34,198 nucleotides of DNA from a virus (lineage: Duplodnaviria; Caudoviricetes), in the IMG/VR virus record IMGVR_UViG_3300050194_000006, positions 1 through 34,198 of that record; one strand, written 5' to 3'. Below, one piece after another: positions 1 through 8,019 of the stretch. The position numbers and the translations under genes are program-made. Below the pieces are notes generated by a model. It was not told the DNA's origin, did not search any database, and saw only the letters and a list, made by a program, of their open reading frames with translations. Every line of letters begins with the position of its first letter. Within the stretch, counting starts at the first letter, position 1.

Positions 1-3
1 GTT

Positions 4-168
4 ATGAAATCAATAACTAAATGGCTAAACAAAGACACTAAGCCACAAACAAAAGAAAACGTTTACATTCCTAAAATTAAAATTCAATCAACAGTTAATG
101 AAGGTGAAGGAATGACATTCAACGAAAAAGCAGAACATATTTTTAAACAGATAAAAGCGATTCAATGA
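4..168 (+). CDS. hypothetical protein (54 aa, MKSITKWLNK...KAIQ); not in the ORF track
   Basis: ATG at 4, TGA at 166-168 overlapping the next ATG (ATGA coupling). Confidence 0.65.
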   Translation: MKSITKWLNKDTKPQTKENVYIPKIKIQSTVNEGEGMTFNEKAEHIFKQIKAIQ

Positions 169-440
169 CCAAAGAAATGAAGCACCAAATGGATTTAACA
201 CTAGCACTTATGTTACAGATGCAAAGTGTTATCCATACAATTGACCAATTAAGCAACACATTAATTTACAAGCGAGAATTTAAAATTCGTTGTGAAAACT
301 TTTATTCATTCATTGAAAAAGAAGTAGAAAAAACAACTGCAAATTTAGATAGTGAGCAATCTCAAAACTATATTGATATTGTAAAACGAATTGACGATTT
401 AGTAAACGAAATTAGAATAAACGAAGATGAAGAACATTGA
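165..440 (+). CDS. hypothetical protein
   Basis: 91-aa ORF overlapping both neighbours. Confidence 0.7.
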   Translation: MTKEMKHQMDLTLALMLQMQSVIHTIDQLSNTLIYKREFKIRCENFYSFIEKEVEKTTANLDSEQSQNYIDIVKRIDDLVNEIRINEDEEH

Positions 441-822
441 TAATGAATTAGATTTCGAATCCGTTGTAAAACTGATTGAAGAAATGGATTTAAAATCTAA
501 ATGCAGACTAAGAGAAAGGGTTTATGGTAGATTTATTTTGTATAAATATCTACGAAATTACAATCTTTCACTTGATAGAATAGGCAAATTTTTTAATCGA
601 GATCATTCTACGGTATTGCATGGACTAAAACAATATGAATTACTATCTGAATACAGATACAAACATGAAGATTTCGATATTGTTAAAAACTATATTTGTG
701 AAAAATTAGGAATAAGTAACCGATTGGTATTAGTTCAAACATTAAAAGAGCGTGTATTAGCTTGTGAAGATTTCTACCAAATGCGATTACTACAAGAAGA
801 ACTTAAAAAAACGATGGAATGA
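427..822 (+). CDS. DnaA C-terminal (domain IV)-like HTH DNA-binding protein
   Basis: SLDRIGKFFNRDHSTVLHG matches the DnaA domain IV signature SLxxIGxxFxxRDHTTVxH. Confidence 0.75.
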   Translation: MKNIDNELDFESVVKLIEEMDLKSKCRLRERVYGRFILYKYLRNYNLSLDRIGKFFNRDHSTVLHGLKQYELLSEYRYKHEDFDIVKNYICEKLGISNRLVLVQTLKERVLACEDFYQMRLLQEELKKTME

Positions 823-947
823 CAATTAGAGAAAAAAGAGCAAAGCAGTTGATGAAAAGAGATTGGGCAACAACTACGCATTGTAAAAAGTATTTATGCT
901 ATAAATGGAGATTGAATAAATCAGTAAACAACGAAGAAGGAGCGTAA
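819..947 (+). CDS. small basic hypothetical protein (42 aa, MTIREKRAKQ...)
   Basis: ATGA overlap with the upstream stop; TAA at 945-947. Confidence 0.45.
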   Translation: MTIREKRAKQLMKRDWATTTHCKKYLCYKWRLNKSVNNEEGA

Positions 948-953
948 CAGATA

Positions 954-987
954 TTTGAAACTTATATCAAAATAATTCCTATCTTAG
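954..987 (+). promoter_or_regulatory. Bacteroidota-type promoter (variant -7 box)
   Basis: TTTG at 954-957 and TATCTTAG at 980-987 (consensus TAnnTTTG, one mismatch). Confidence 0.45.
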
Positions 988-990
988 CCG

Positions 991-1092
991 TATCATAATT
1001 ATTTTTTGTTTACGGTTAGGTAAAAAATAGGGGTTAAATGCTAGTTTTTCCCCTTTTTTAATTCCACAAAGCACCACTAAGGTGCTTTTTTT
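991..1092 (+). ncRNA. putative anti-start-codon small RNA 1
   Basis: No ORF; lies between a promoter and a terminator; 5' TCATAATTATTTTTTGTTTA is complementary to several phage translation starts. Confidence 0.5.
1068..1092 (+). terminator. intrinsic terminator
   Basis: AAAGCACC-ACTAA-GGTGCTTT followed by a T-run. Confidence 0.75.
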
Positions 1093-1098
1093 GTATTC

Positions 1099-1379
1099 AG
1101 GAGAAACTTTTTAGGCCATTTTACAACTTTTTACTGTGTTTTACCTGTGTTTTTACTATCTTTTTCTGAGTGATACCAAGCATTTCAGAAGATTAGGAGA
1201 AAAAAAAGAAAAAATATTCAACCTATTCTATATATAAAAAAGGCCAAAAGTAGAAAAATAAAAAAATCTGAAAAAACTTTTTACTTTTTTACTAAAACCG
1301 TTTAGTACCACGTAAACACTCAGAAAAAGTTAAGGAGAAAGTCAGGTAAAACATTTTATTTTAGTAAAAACTTTCTCCT
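1099..1379. repeat. putative replication origin: iteron-like boxes in a large imperfect inverted repeat
   Basis: TTTTAC at 1119, 1129, 1139, 1151; perfect arms 1160-1172/1317-1329 (13 bp) and 1137-1147/1343-1353 (11 bp); A-rich centre. Confidence 0.55.
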
Positions 1380-1380
1380 T

Positions 1381-1414
1381 TTTGCATTGTATGTTAAAAT
1401 TATTATTATATTTA
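1381..1414 (+). promoter_or_regulatory. Bacteroidota-type promoter of the replication operon
   Basis: TTTG at 1381; TATATTTA at 1407-1414. Confidence 0.45.
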
Positions 1415-1419
1415 CAACC

Positions 1420-1527
1420 GTATTAGCGCGATTTAAAACAAGACATTTTTTAATACAGGGGGTTTAATTGCCGATTCTATTTGGTCGTGCTAATACTCGG
1501 CAAACCCCCTTATATTTTTAGCACGGC
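1420..1527 (+). promoter_or_regulatory. structured leader / antisense RNA switch (CI/C4-like architecture)
   Basis: 14-bp stem 1457-1474/1497-1510; loop 1484-1496 is complementary to 1420-1431 and to 1518-1527. Confidence 0.55.
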
Positions 1528-1710
1528 ATGGATGAAACTTTAGAAACATTAAAAGGCCATTTACCCAATGTTTATATTTGGCGTGAAATGGATTCAATTT
1601 GGTTTAACTCAGTTATACCATACAAGACAATCAGAAAGTATTTAAGTAAGCCTATTAGGATGTATGCAATATATCCATCAGATGGTAAAACATTTATAAT
1701 TCTACATTGA
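1528..1710 (+). CDS. hypothetical protein
   Basis: 60-aa ORF directly after the structured leader, overlapping the helicase start. Confidence 0.55.
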   Translation: MDETLETLKGHLPNVYIWREMDSIWFNSVIPYKTIRKYLSKPIRMYAIYPSDGKTFIILH

Positions 1711-3167
1711 TGAACGATAATAATACATTTCCATTTTGGACTGAAGGTGATAACGGTAAAGTATCACTTGACAATTACGAGTTTAAAGAGTTTTTAGAAG
1801 CAAACAATTTCTTCAAGAACAAACCAAACCCGAATAGTTCATTTAACATTATTCACAAGGATGGAATATTCTTAAAGATTCGTGATGAATTAGACGTAAA
1901 GGATTTTGTTTTAGATTACATTTTGAATAACAATCTAGGTAAAAGAGTTTACAACTTAATGACTGGCCGTGCTTCGATATTTCAAAGACAATATTTGTCA
2001 ATGATTAAGAGCGATGAAATTACAGTTTTGCGAGATACGAAAGATAAGGCCTTTTTATTCTATCAAAACGGAGTTGTTGAGGTATCTAAAAATAAGGCCG
2101 AACTAAAACCTTATACGCATTATGGTTTACATATTTGGGAAGACCAAGTAATAAAACGTGAATACATTGATGCAGACCACCACGAAAGCGAATACCGTAC
2201 TTTCATTTGGAAGATTTCAGGAGGTTTCGATTTAACGGCCAACCCAACAAGTGAAGAAACAGAAAAGTATAAAAACGCAGTAGCAAGATATAATACGTTT
2301 CAAACTGTTATTGGTTACTTACTTCACAGTTATAATGTAGGAGGTGATAATAAGGCTATAATTCTAAATGATGAATTGATTTCAGACGATCCAAATGGTC
2401 GAAGTGGAAAAGGTTTATTTTGGAATGGCCTTAAACACTTAAAGAAAGTTCAATCGTTAAACGGTAAGTCATTTAAATTTGACGCACCATTCCCCTATCA
2501 AAGTGTAAAAACAGATTGTCAAGTTTTGGTTTGGGATGATGTTAAAAAGAACTTTGATTTTGAACAATTGTTTTCTGTAATTACTGAAGGTATTGAAATT
2601 ACCTACAAAGGCAAGGACACTATTAAACTACCTATTGAAGATAGTCCTAAAATATTAATCACAACGAATTACACAATCAAAGGTAAAGGTGGCTCACATG
2701 ATGCAAGAAAATTTGAAGTAGAACTAAGTACATTTTTCAACTCAGATTATACGCCAATTGATTTCTTTGGCCATAAATTATTTGATTCTTGGGATGCAAA
2801 AGAATGGGCAAGGTTTGACTGTTATATGATTGAATGTTTAAAGAAGTATTTGAACAATGGCTTAATGAGTTACAATAGCATTTCTTTGCCGTTTAAGAAA
2901 CTTCAAGTTGAAATTAGTAAAGAACTATATGAATGTATTGATGCGGTTGTTAAAAACGAATGGATAACGGCAAATGATTCCTACGAAAACTATTTAACCA
3001 TGATTCCAAAACGATGGAATGCTAAAACGAAAAATGCAGTAACGATTGATATTAAAAAATACTGCAAATTTCATGGCCTTGAATATGATTCTAATACATC
3101 AAATGGAGTTAAAAAGTTCATGATTAAACAAAACGGATTTACAAACGAAGATAATTTACCATTCTAA
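1707..3167 (+). CDS. SF3-type replicative helicase (C-terminal part of a phage primase-helicase)
   Basis: Walker A GRSGKG, Walker B LVWDD, motif C ILITTN, arginine finger DARK; C-terminal DNLPF; start may be ATG 1710. Confidence 0.8.
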   Translation: MMNDNNTFPFWTEGDNGKVSLDNYEFKEFLEANNFFKNKPNPNSSFNIIHKDGIFLKIRDELDVKDFVLDYILNNNLGKRVYNLMTGRASIFQRQYLSMIKSDEITVLRDTKDKAFLFYQNGVVEVSKNKAELKPYTHYGLHIWEDQVIKREYIDADHHESEYRTFIWKISGGFDLTANPTSEETEKYKNAVARYNTFQTVIGYLLHSYNVGGDNKAIILNDELISDDPNGRSGKGLFWNGLKHLKKVQSLNGKSFKFDAPFPYQSVKTDCQVLVWDDVKKNFDFEQLFSVITEGIEITYKGKDTIKLPIEDSPKILITTNYTIKGKGGSHDARKFEVELSTFFNSDYTPIDFFGHKLFDSWDAKEWARFDCYMIECLKKYLNNGLMSYNSISLPFKKLQVEISKELYECIDAVVKNEWITANDSYENYLTMIPKRWNAKTKNAVTIDIKKYCKFHGLEYDSNTSNGVKKFMIKQNGFTNEDNLPF

Positions 3168-3457
3168 TGGAATCAATTAAAGAAATGATGGTTCGGATTG
3201 GACTAGACCCAGACCATATTAAAAATGTAGAATACCGTAAATGCCAATTGTATTTAGCTAGACTTATTCAAAGGACTGAAACAACACTAAAAAAGCTACA
3301 AGAAACTGATATGCAAACGGAAAAAATTAAAAGCACCGAACGCACGTTGAATAACTTAATATTTTGTCATAATAAAATGTACGAAATGGAAGGTATTATT
3401 CACGCATTAAGAGGTGAAAATGAATTGTTAAAACAAAGATTAGATGGTAGAGCTTAG
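3167..3457 (+). CDS. hypothetical coiled-coil protein
   Basis: 96-aa ORF coupled to both helicase genes. Confidence 0.65.
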   Translation: MESIKEMMVRIGLDPDHIKNVEYRKCQLYLARLIQRTETTLKKLQETDMQTEKIKSTERTLNNLIFCHNKMYEMEGIIHALRGENELLKQRLDGRA

Positions 3458-4853
3458 AGATTATCAACAGAAGATTATAGATGGAATACGTGCAAGCATT
3501 AAGAACGGAAACAAACGTATAATTCTATGCGCACCAACCGGCTCAGGCAAAACTGTAAAGTTTACATTTATGGTTTCAGAACATTTAAAACGTGGCGGTA
3601 AGGTATTAATTCTTACACATCGAACTGAATTAATAAATCAAACAGATAGTACATTTTCAAAGTTCAATTTAAACCCTGAATTGATTACAGCAGGAAGCAA
3701 ACCAAATTTAGAAAATAGTTTACATATCGCAATGATTGAAACGTTATACAAGCGTGCTGAACAATACGCAGAATTTATTGAATCACGAACCATGATAATA
3801 ATGGACGAAGCACATTTAACAACATTCAATAAAGTGTTTCCATTTATTTCTGAGAAAACTGTATGTATTGGAGCAACAGCCACACCATTAAGAACAGGTA
3901 AACAAGAATGTTTAAGTGAGTTCTACACCGATATGGTACAAGAAATTGACACGCCACAATTGATTCGTGAAGGTTATTTATGTAATGTACATACATACGG
4001 TATTTTAATTGAAACTAAAGGCCTTAAAAAAGTTGGTGAAGATTACGATACTAAACAATATTACGATCAAAACAAAACGTATAAGGGAGTAGTTGAAAAT
4101 TACCTTCGATTAGTAGCTGGTAAAAAAACGATTTTGTTTGCATCAAACATTGAAAGTTCTAAACAAGTTTGTGATGAATTTAATTTGAATGGAGTTAAGG
4201 CCATGCACATTGATGGTAACACACCAAATAATGAACGTATTGAAATATTGGAATGGTTCAAGAATACACCAACGGCCGTACTTTGTAACTGTGGAATATT
4301 AACCGCAGGATATGATGAACCAAGTATTGAAGTTGTAATTCTATACCGTGCTACCTCATCACTACCTTTATACTTGCAAATGGTTGGCCGTGGTAGTAGA
4401 AAACAAGAAGGTAAAGACTTTTTCTATTTACTTGACTTTGGTAACAATGTAAAACGTTTTGACTTTTGGGAATCGCCAAGACTATGGAATTTAAACAAGG
4501 CCGAGAAAAGCAGTAAAGTAGGTGCTTCACCAATTAAACAATGTAAAAAATGTGGTGCTTTAGTTGTGGCAAAGGCTATAAGTTGTGAGTATTGTGGTAA
4601 TGCTTTTCCTGCTAAAGAGAAATATGATGTTGACGAGGTGGCCAAGTTAGTGTTATTACCTAAAAAGAATTTATTAATGCAGGCCGATATGGTTGAAAAG
4701 GTAAAACTTGTAAAATCTAAAGTATTAAAAGCTAGTTATGTACTACACAATTTAAAAACGTATAAAGAAGCTGAAGAATTTTGTAGGCTTATGGGTTATA
4801 AAGAAGGATTTATTTACGAAAATAGAGATAGATATGAAGTATTCGGAAAGTAA
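3444..4853 (+). CDS. SF2 DEAH helicase (RadD/YejH-like) with C-terminal zinc ribbon
   Basis: LRDYQ, APTGSGKT, DEAH, TATP, QMVGRGSR, CKKC...CEYC. Confidence 0.92.
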   Translation: MVELRDYQQKIIDGIRASIKNGNKRIILCAPTGSGKTVKFTFMVSEHLKRGGKVLILTHRTELINQTDSTFSKFNLNPELITAGSKPNLENSLHIAMIETLYKRAEQYAEFIESRTMIIMDEAHLTTFNKVFPFISEKTVCIGATATPLRTGKQECLSEFYTDMVQEIDTPQLIREGYLCNVHTYGILIETKGLKKVGEDYDTKQYYDQNKTYKGVVENYLRLVAGKKTILFASNIESSKQVCDEFNLNGVKAMHIDGNTPNNERIEILEWFKNTPTAVLCNCGILTAGYDEPSIEVVILYRATSSLPLYLQMVGRGSRKQEGKDFFYLLDFGNNVKRFDFWESPRLWNLNKAEKSSKVGASPIKQCKKCGALVVAKAISCEYCGNAFPAKEKYDVDEVAKLVLLPKKNLLMQADMVEKVKLVKSKVLKASYVLHNLKTYKEAEEFCRLMGYKEGFIYENRDRYEVFGK

Positions 4854-5181
4854 AATACAGCAAGAATGTGTTATGTGGTTTACAAATACATTTTGTTTAA
4901 AGCATCACGAACCAAGATTATTAATGTTTAGCGTACCAAATGAAGGTAAGGACGCAAAAGAACAATCTAGAAAACTACAAACAGGAATGTTGAGTGGTGT
5001 TTCAGATACAATAATTGACTTCGGTAAAAAGTTAGTGTACTGTGAATTTAAAGATGATAAAGGTAAACAGTCAGATAAACAAATTGAGTTTCAAGAACGT
5101 GTTGAAAGTCTTGGCCGTGAGTATTGGGTAATTAGATCGCTTGGAGAATTTAAAACAAAAGTATATGAAAACAAAATTTAG
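4834..5181 (+). CDS. VRR-NUC domain nuclease
   Basis: ESKIQ, VPNEG, GVSD...EFK...GKQSDKQ PD-(D/E)xK pattern. Confidence 0.85.
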   Translation: MKYSESKIQQECVMWFTNTFCLKHHEPRLLMFSVPNEGKDAKEQSRKLQTGMLSGVSDTIIDFGKKLVYCEFKDDKGKQSDKQIEFQERVESLGREYWVIRSLGEFKTKVYENKI

Positions 5182-5326
5182 ATACAGAAACGAATTAGAC
5201 ACAACATGGAGTTTTGGATGTGTATATGTTCCGAAAGAATTATTCGGAAATCAAGTAATTAATTATTTGCGTGATGACTTGCAAAAGCTAGGAATTAAAG
5301 CGAAGTATGTTGAATTGGAGAAATAG
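5141..5326 (+). CDS. hypothetical protein (likely start ATG 5165)
   Basis: Short ORF in the operon. Confidence 0.5.
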   Translation: MENLKQKYMKTKFRYRNELDTTWSFGCVYVPKELFGNQVINYLRDDLQKLGIKAKYVELEK

Positions 5327-5332
5327 GAGAAT

Positions 5333-5521
5333 ATGAAATATACACACACTTATAAAAACTTATACGGTAACGATGTTAAATGCTTCATTGATTACCCAAC
5401 TAATTCGGATATTATCAATTCATGGATAGAATTATTTGATGATTTTGAAGTAATTGTTAAAAATGAAAATGGTTGTGGTATTTATTTATATTATTCAAAA
5501 TTAACTGAGATTAAAAAATAA
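5333..5521 (+). CDS. hypothetical protein
   Basis: 62-aa ORF. Confidence 0.55.
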   Translation: MKYTHTYKNLYGNDVKCFIDYPTNSDIINSWIELFDDFEVIVKNENGCGIYLYYSKLTEIKK

Positions 5522-5532
5522 TTTCACTTCAA

Positions 5533-5565
5533 TTGCAATTTAATTAAAATAAATACTTATCTTTG
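5533..5565 (+). promoter_or_regulatory. Bacteroidota sigma70 promoter
   Basis: TTG at 5533 and perfect TATCTTTG at 5558-5565. Confidence 0.7.
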
Positions 5566-5587
5566 GACAAACAAAAAACAAATAATT

Positions 5588-5731
5588 ATGAGAGTCGGAG
5601 ATAAAGTATATTTTAATTATGACATTAATAAAAATGTGTACTCAGTGGTTTGGGTAAATCCTGATAAAGATTTTGAAGTACAGCTTAATGATGGAAGTTA
5701 TGTAATGACTAGTGATTTATCAAAAATCTAA
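5588..5731 (+). CDS. small hypothetical protein (47 aa, MRVGDKVYF..., SH3/KOW-like start)
   Basis: ATG inside the 17-bp repeat; TAA at 5729-5731. Confidence 0.6.
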   Translation: MRVGDKVYFNYDINKNVYSVVWVNPDKDFEVQLNDGSYVMTSDLSKI

Positions 5732-5770
5732 AATTATTAAAAAGAAACAATTTAACTAAAACAAATAATT

Positions 5771-5911
5771 ATGAAAAAGCAAAACGAATATACGTTTAAA
5801 CATTTAGTTAATTCTTGTATAGTTGTAACTATAAAGGCGTATTCAGAAATTGAAGCACGGCAAATGTTTGCAAATTATGTAAAAAATTCACAAGACTATT
5901 TTATAGTATAA
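5771..5911 (+). CDS. small hypothetical protein (46 aa, MKKQNEYTF...)
   Basis: ATG inside the 17-bp repeat; TAA at 5909-5911. Confidence 0.6.
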   Translation: MKKQNEYTFKHLVNSCIVVTIKAYSEIEARQMFANYVKNSQDYFIV

Positions 5912-5929
5912 CAATAAAAACAAATAATT

Positions 5930-6442
5930 ATGAAAGAACACAATGTTGACTGTATGAAATACAGAAAAGCTACACACATAGCAGGTGTAGACGTTGAAGC
6001 AATCATCGCAGAAAAAGGAAAATGTATAGTAACGATTAAAGATGCGTACTATTCAAAAGGTGTTGACGTATCGGGTAATAAAACAGATGGTTACTTTTTA
6101 GAGTTTGCCGAAGATATTAAACCGATGGTAGTAAATTCTGGTAATCGTAAAGTCATTGCTTCGTTATGTAAGCAAACAAAACAATTAACACCTATTGAAA
6201 GTAGAAATATTGCCAATTGGGTTGGTATGCAGATTGAATTATATTTTGATGCAACTGTTGAAATGATGGGTCAAGTAATAGGAGGTATCAAAGTAAAACA
6301 GCAAGCAGTAGTAGTTGAAAAGAAAACGCTAAACGAAACACGGTTTGCTAAAGCATTACAATCTATTACGGATGGTAACTATACTCGCAAAGAATTAGAA
6401 GAGAATTTTGTATTAACAGATGAGCAAATTGAAAGGTTATGA
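5930..6442 (+). CDS. putative ssDNA-binding/annealing protein
   Basis: KPMVVNSGN...WVGMQIELY...GGIKV core; C-terminal RFAKALQSI...LTDEQ tail of the kind seen on Bacteroidota phage recombinases; near the YqaJ gene. Confidence 0.5.
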   Translation: MKEHNVDCMKYRKATHIAGVDVEAIIAEKGKCIVTIKDAYYSKGVDVSGNKTDGYFLEFAEDIKPMVVNSGNRKVIASLCKQTKQLTPIESRNIANWVGMQIELYFDATVEMMGQVIGGIKVKQQAVVVEKKTLNETRFAKALQSITDGNYTRKELEENFVLTDEQIERL

Positions 6443-6792
6443 GAGTGAGATATGTAAGAAAAGCTAAATGGTTTAATAACTACCACTTAACAATTGGAAA
6501 TATTTATGAAGCTACAATTAATAGTTTTGATAATTATGAACTTATTGATAATATTGGAGGAATAACAACTTGCTTTGAATATGAAATAGAAGTAATCGAA
6601 GAAACACAAACAGACCAAATAGTAGAAAGCATTATAAACCAATTTAAGCAACGTAGCGAGGTTGGAATAGCTAAATACGGAACAACACTAGAGCGTAAAG
6701 ATTTAACTACCTTAGAATGGATTGAACACGCTAAACAAGAAGCAATGGATTTTATACTTTATTTAGAACGATTAAAACAAGAAATGTTATGA
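6439..6792 (+). CDS. hypothetical protein with C-terminal all-alpha NTP-pyrophosphatase-like domain
   Basis: RSEVGIAKYGTTL...WIEHAKQEAMDFILY motif. Confidence 0.5.
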   Translation: MRVRYVRKAKWFNNYHLTIGNIYEATINSFDNYELIDNIGGITTCFEYEIEVIEETQTDQIVESIINQFKQRSEVGIAKYGTTLERKDLTTLEWIEHAKQEAMDFILYLERLKQEML

Positions 6793-6980
6793 ATCCAATA
6801 GAGAAAGCAAAAGAACTGATTGAACAATTCATACCATTGGTTGAATCTTTCAGCGAGCAACAAAGAATCGAAAATGCAAAGAAATGCGCATTGATTGTCG
6901 CACAACACGTTTTTAATAGTTGTGTTTATGAAGAGAATTATTATTGGCTAGAAATTATTGAAGAAATACAAGCACTATGA
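6789..6980 (+). CDS. hypothetical phage protein
   Basis: PIEKAKEL...AKKCALI...YW pattern; ATGA-coupled. Confidence 0.7.
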   Translation: MNPIEKAKELIEQFIPLVESFSEQQRIENAKKCALIVAQHVFNSCVYEENYYWLEIIEEIQAL

Positions 6981-7639
6981 AAATTCACAACGTACTCCAA
7001 AGGTCTACCGAATGGCACTTACTTAAAAAAGGCGTAATAGGTGGCACATTAGCAAAAGGTTTATTTGTTAAATCAGATACTTTGCTGAATGATTTAATTA
7101 GTCAAATGATTGAAGATTTTGACGATGAAGAAGATGGCTATATTTCTTATGCAATGCAAGAAGGTATAGACAAAGAACCAATAGCACGTGAAGAACTAAG
7201 TCGTGAAGTATTCGTTAAGTTTAATGAAGTAGGATTTATTACGCATGACACGATCAAAATATTAGGCATCAGTCCTGATGGATTAAATGAAGATGGAACA
7301 ATACAATGCGAGATTAAATGCCCAGCTTCTAAAAAACACACCCAAACAATACGACAAGATGAAATACCAAGTGACAACATTCACCAAGTGCTTCACGCTT
7401 TCGTAGTGAATGAAAAGCTAGAAAAGAATATCTTTTGCTCGTATCGTCCTGAGAATAATATTTGCCCATTGTGGTATAAGGTTGTAACTCGTGATACTGA
7501 AATTGATTTAGGTACGAAAGCTAAACCAAATATCAAAACAGTTCAAGAATGGGTAGATATTGCATTGATTGAAGCTGAGTTATTAGATAAGCAAGTCGAT
7601 GCTGAGTTAAAAAGATTGGAAGAAAAGTATTGTCAATAA
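6977..7639 (+). CDS. YqaJ/lambda-exonuclease family nuclease
   Basis: QRSTEW, GxxxEPIAR, SPDG...EIKCP, Q motif. Confidence 0.88.
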   Translation: MKIHNVLQRSTEWHLLKKGVIGGTLAKGLFVKSDTLLNDLISQMIEDFDDEEDGYISYAMQEGIDKEPIAREELSREVFVKFNEVGFITHDTIKILGISPDGLNEDGTIQCEIKCPASKKHTQTIRQDEIPSDNIHQVLHAFVVNEKLEKNIFCSYRPENNICPLWYKVVTRDTEIDLGTKAKPNIKTVQEWVDIALIEAELLDKQVDAELKRLEEKYCQ

Positions 7640-7680
7640 ATAAATTCTTATTATATTAGCAGAACAAAACAAAAAAGATT

Positions 7681-8013
7681 ATGAAAAAACAAGAAATAGA
7701 AGAACTGACTAGAACGGCTTTGTGTTATATTTATCAATGCAATGACAATGCAGTAATAGCCGAAAGAGATAATTCAATGACATCGATTTATGCGGCACAA
7801 GAAAACTACAAGGCATTTTTAGACAATCTAAAAGAACTTAATAAAGCAGTCGAAACACAGCAAACATTCGACAATTTAACCAGCTTACGTGAACAAGCGC
7901 ATTTTAAAATGAAACGAGCGCAATATGCTGACCATTTAATGGAGCAAGCACAATATCAAAGTGAGGTTGATTTATACGATAAACGAATTGAAATTTTAAA
8001 AACCAATAAATAA
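7681..8013 (+). CDS. hypothetical protein
   Basis: 110-aa ORF with an A-rich leader. Confidence 0.65.
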   Translation: MKKQEIEELTRTALCYIYQCNDNAVIAERDNSMTSIYAAQENYKAFLDNLKELNKAVETQQTFDNLTSLREQAHFKMKRAQYADHLMEQAQYQSEVDLYDKRIEILKTNK

Positions 8014-8019
8014 ATAAGT

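Larger units (their letters stand above)
5575..5933 (+). repeat. three identical 17-bp gene-start repeats AAAACAAATAATTATGA
   Basis: Copies at 5575-5591, 5758-5774 and 5917-5933, each containing a start codon. Confidence 0.9.

Noticed and set aside
948-1527. tRNA or attP in the long intergenic region
   Set aside because: No cloverleaf or T-loop consensus, and no integrase in the genome.
5575-5933. 17-bp repeats as a CRISPR mini-array
   Set aside because: The intervening segments are 142-166-nt ORFs, the repeats are too short and contain start codons, and there are no cas genes.
7722-7731. TGTTATATT as a third late promoter
   Set aside because: Inside an early ORF and lacks the upstream AGGGTCG.
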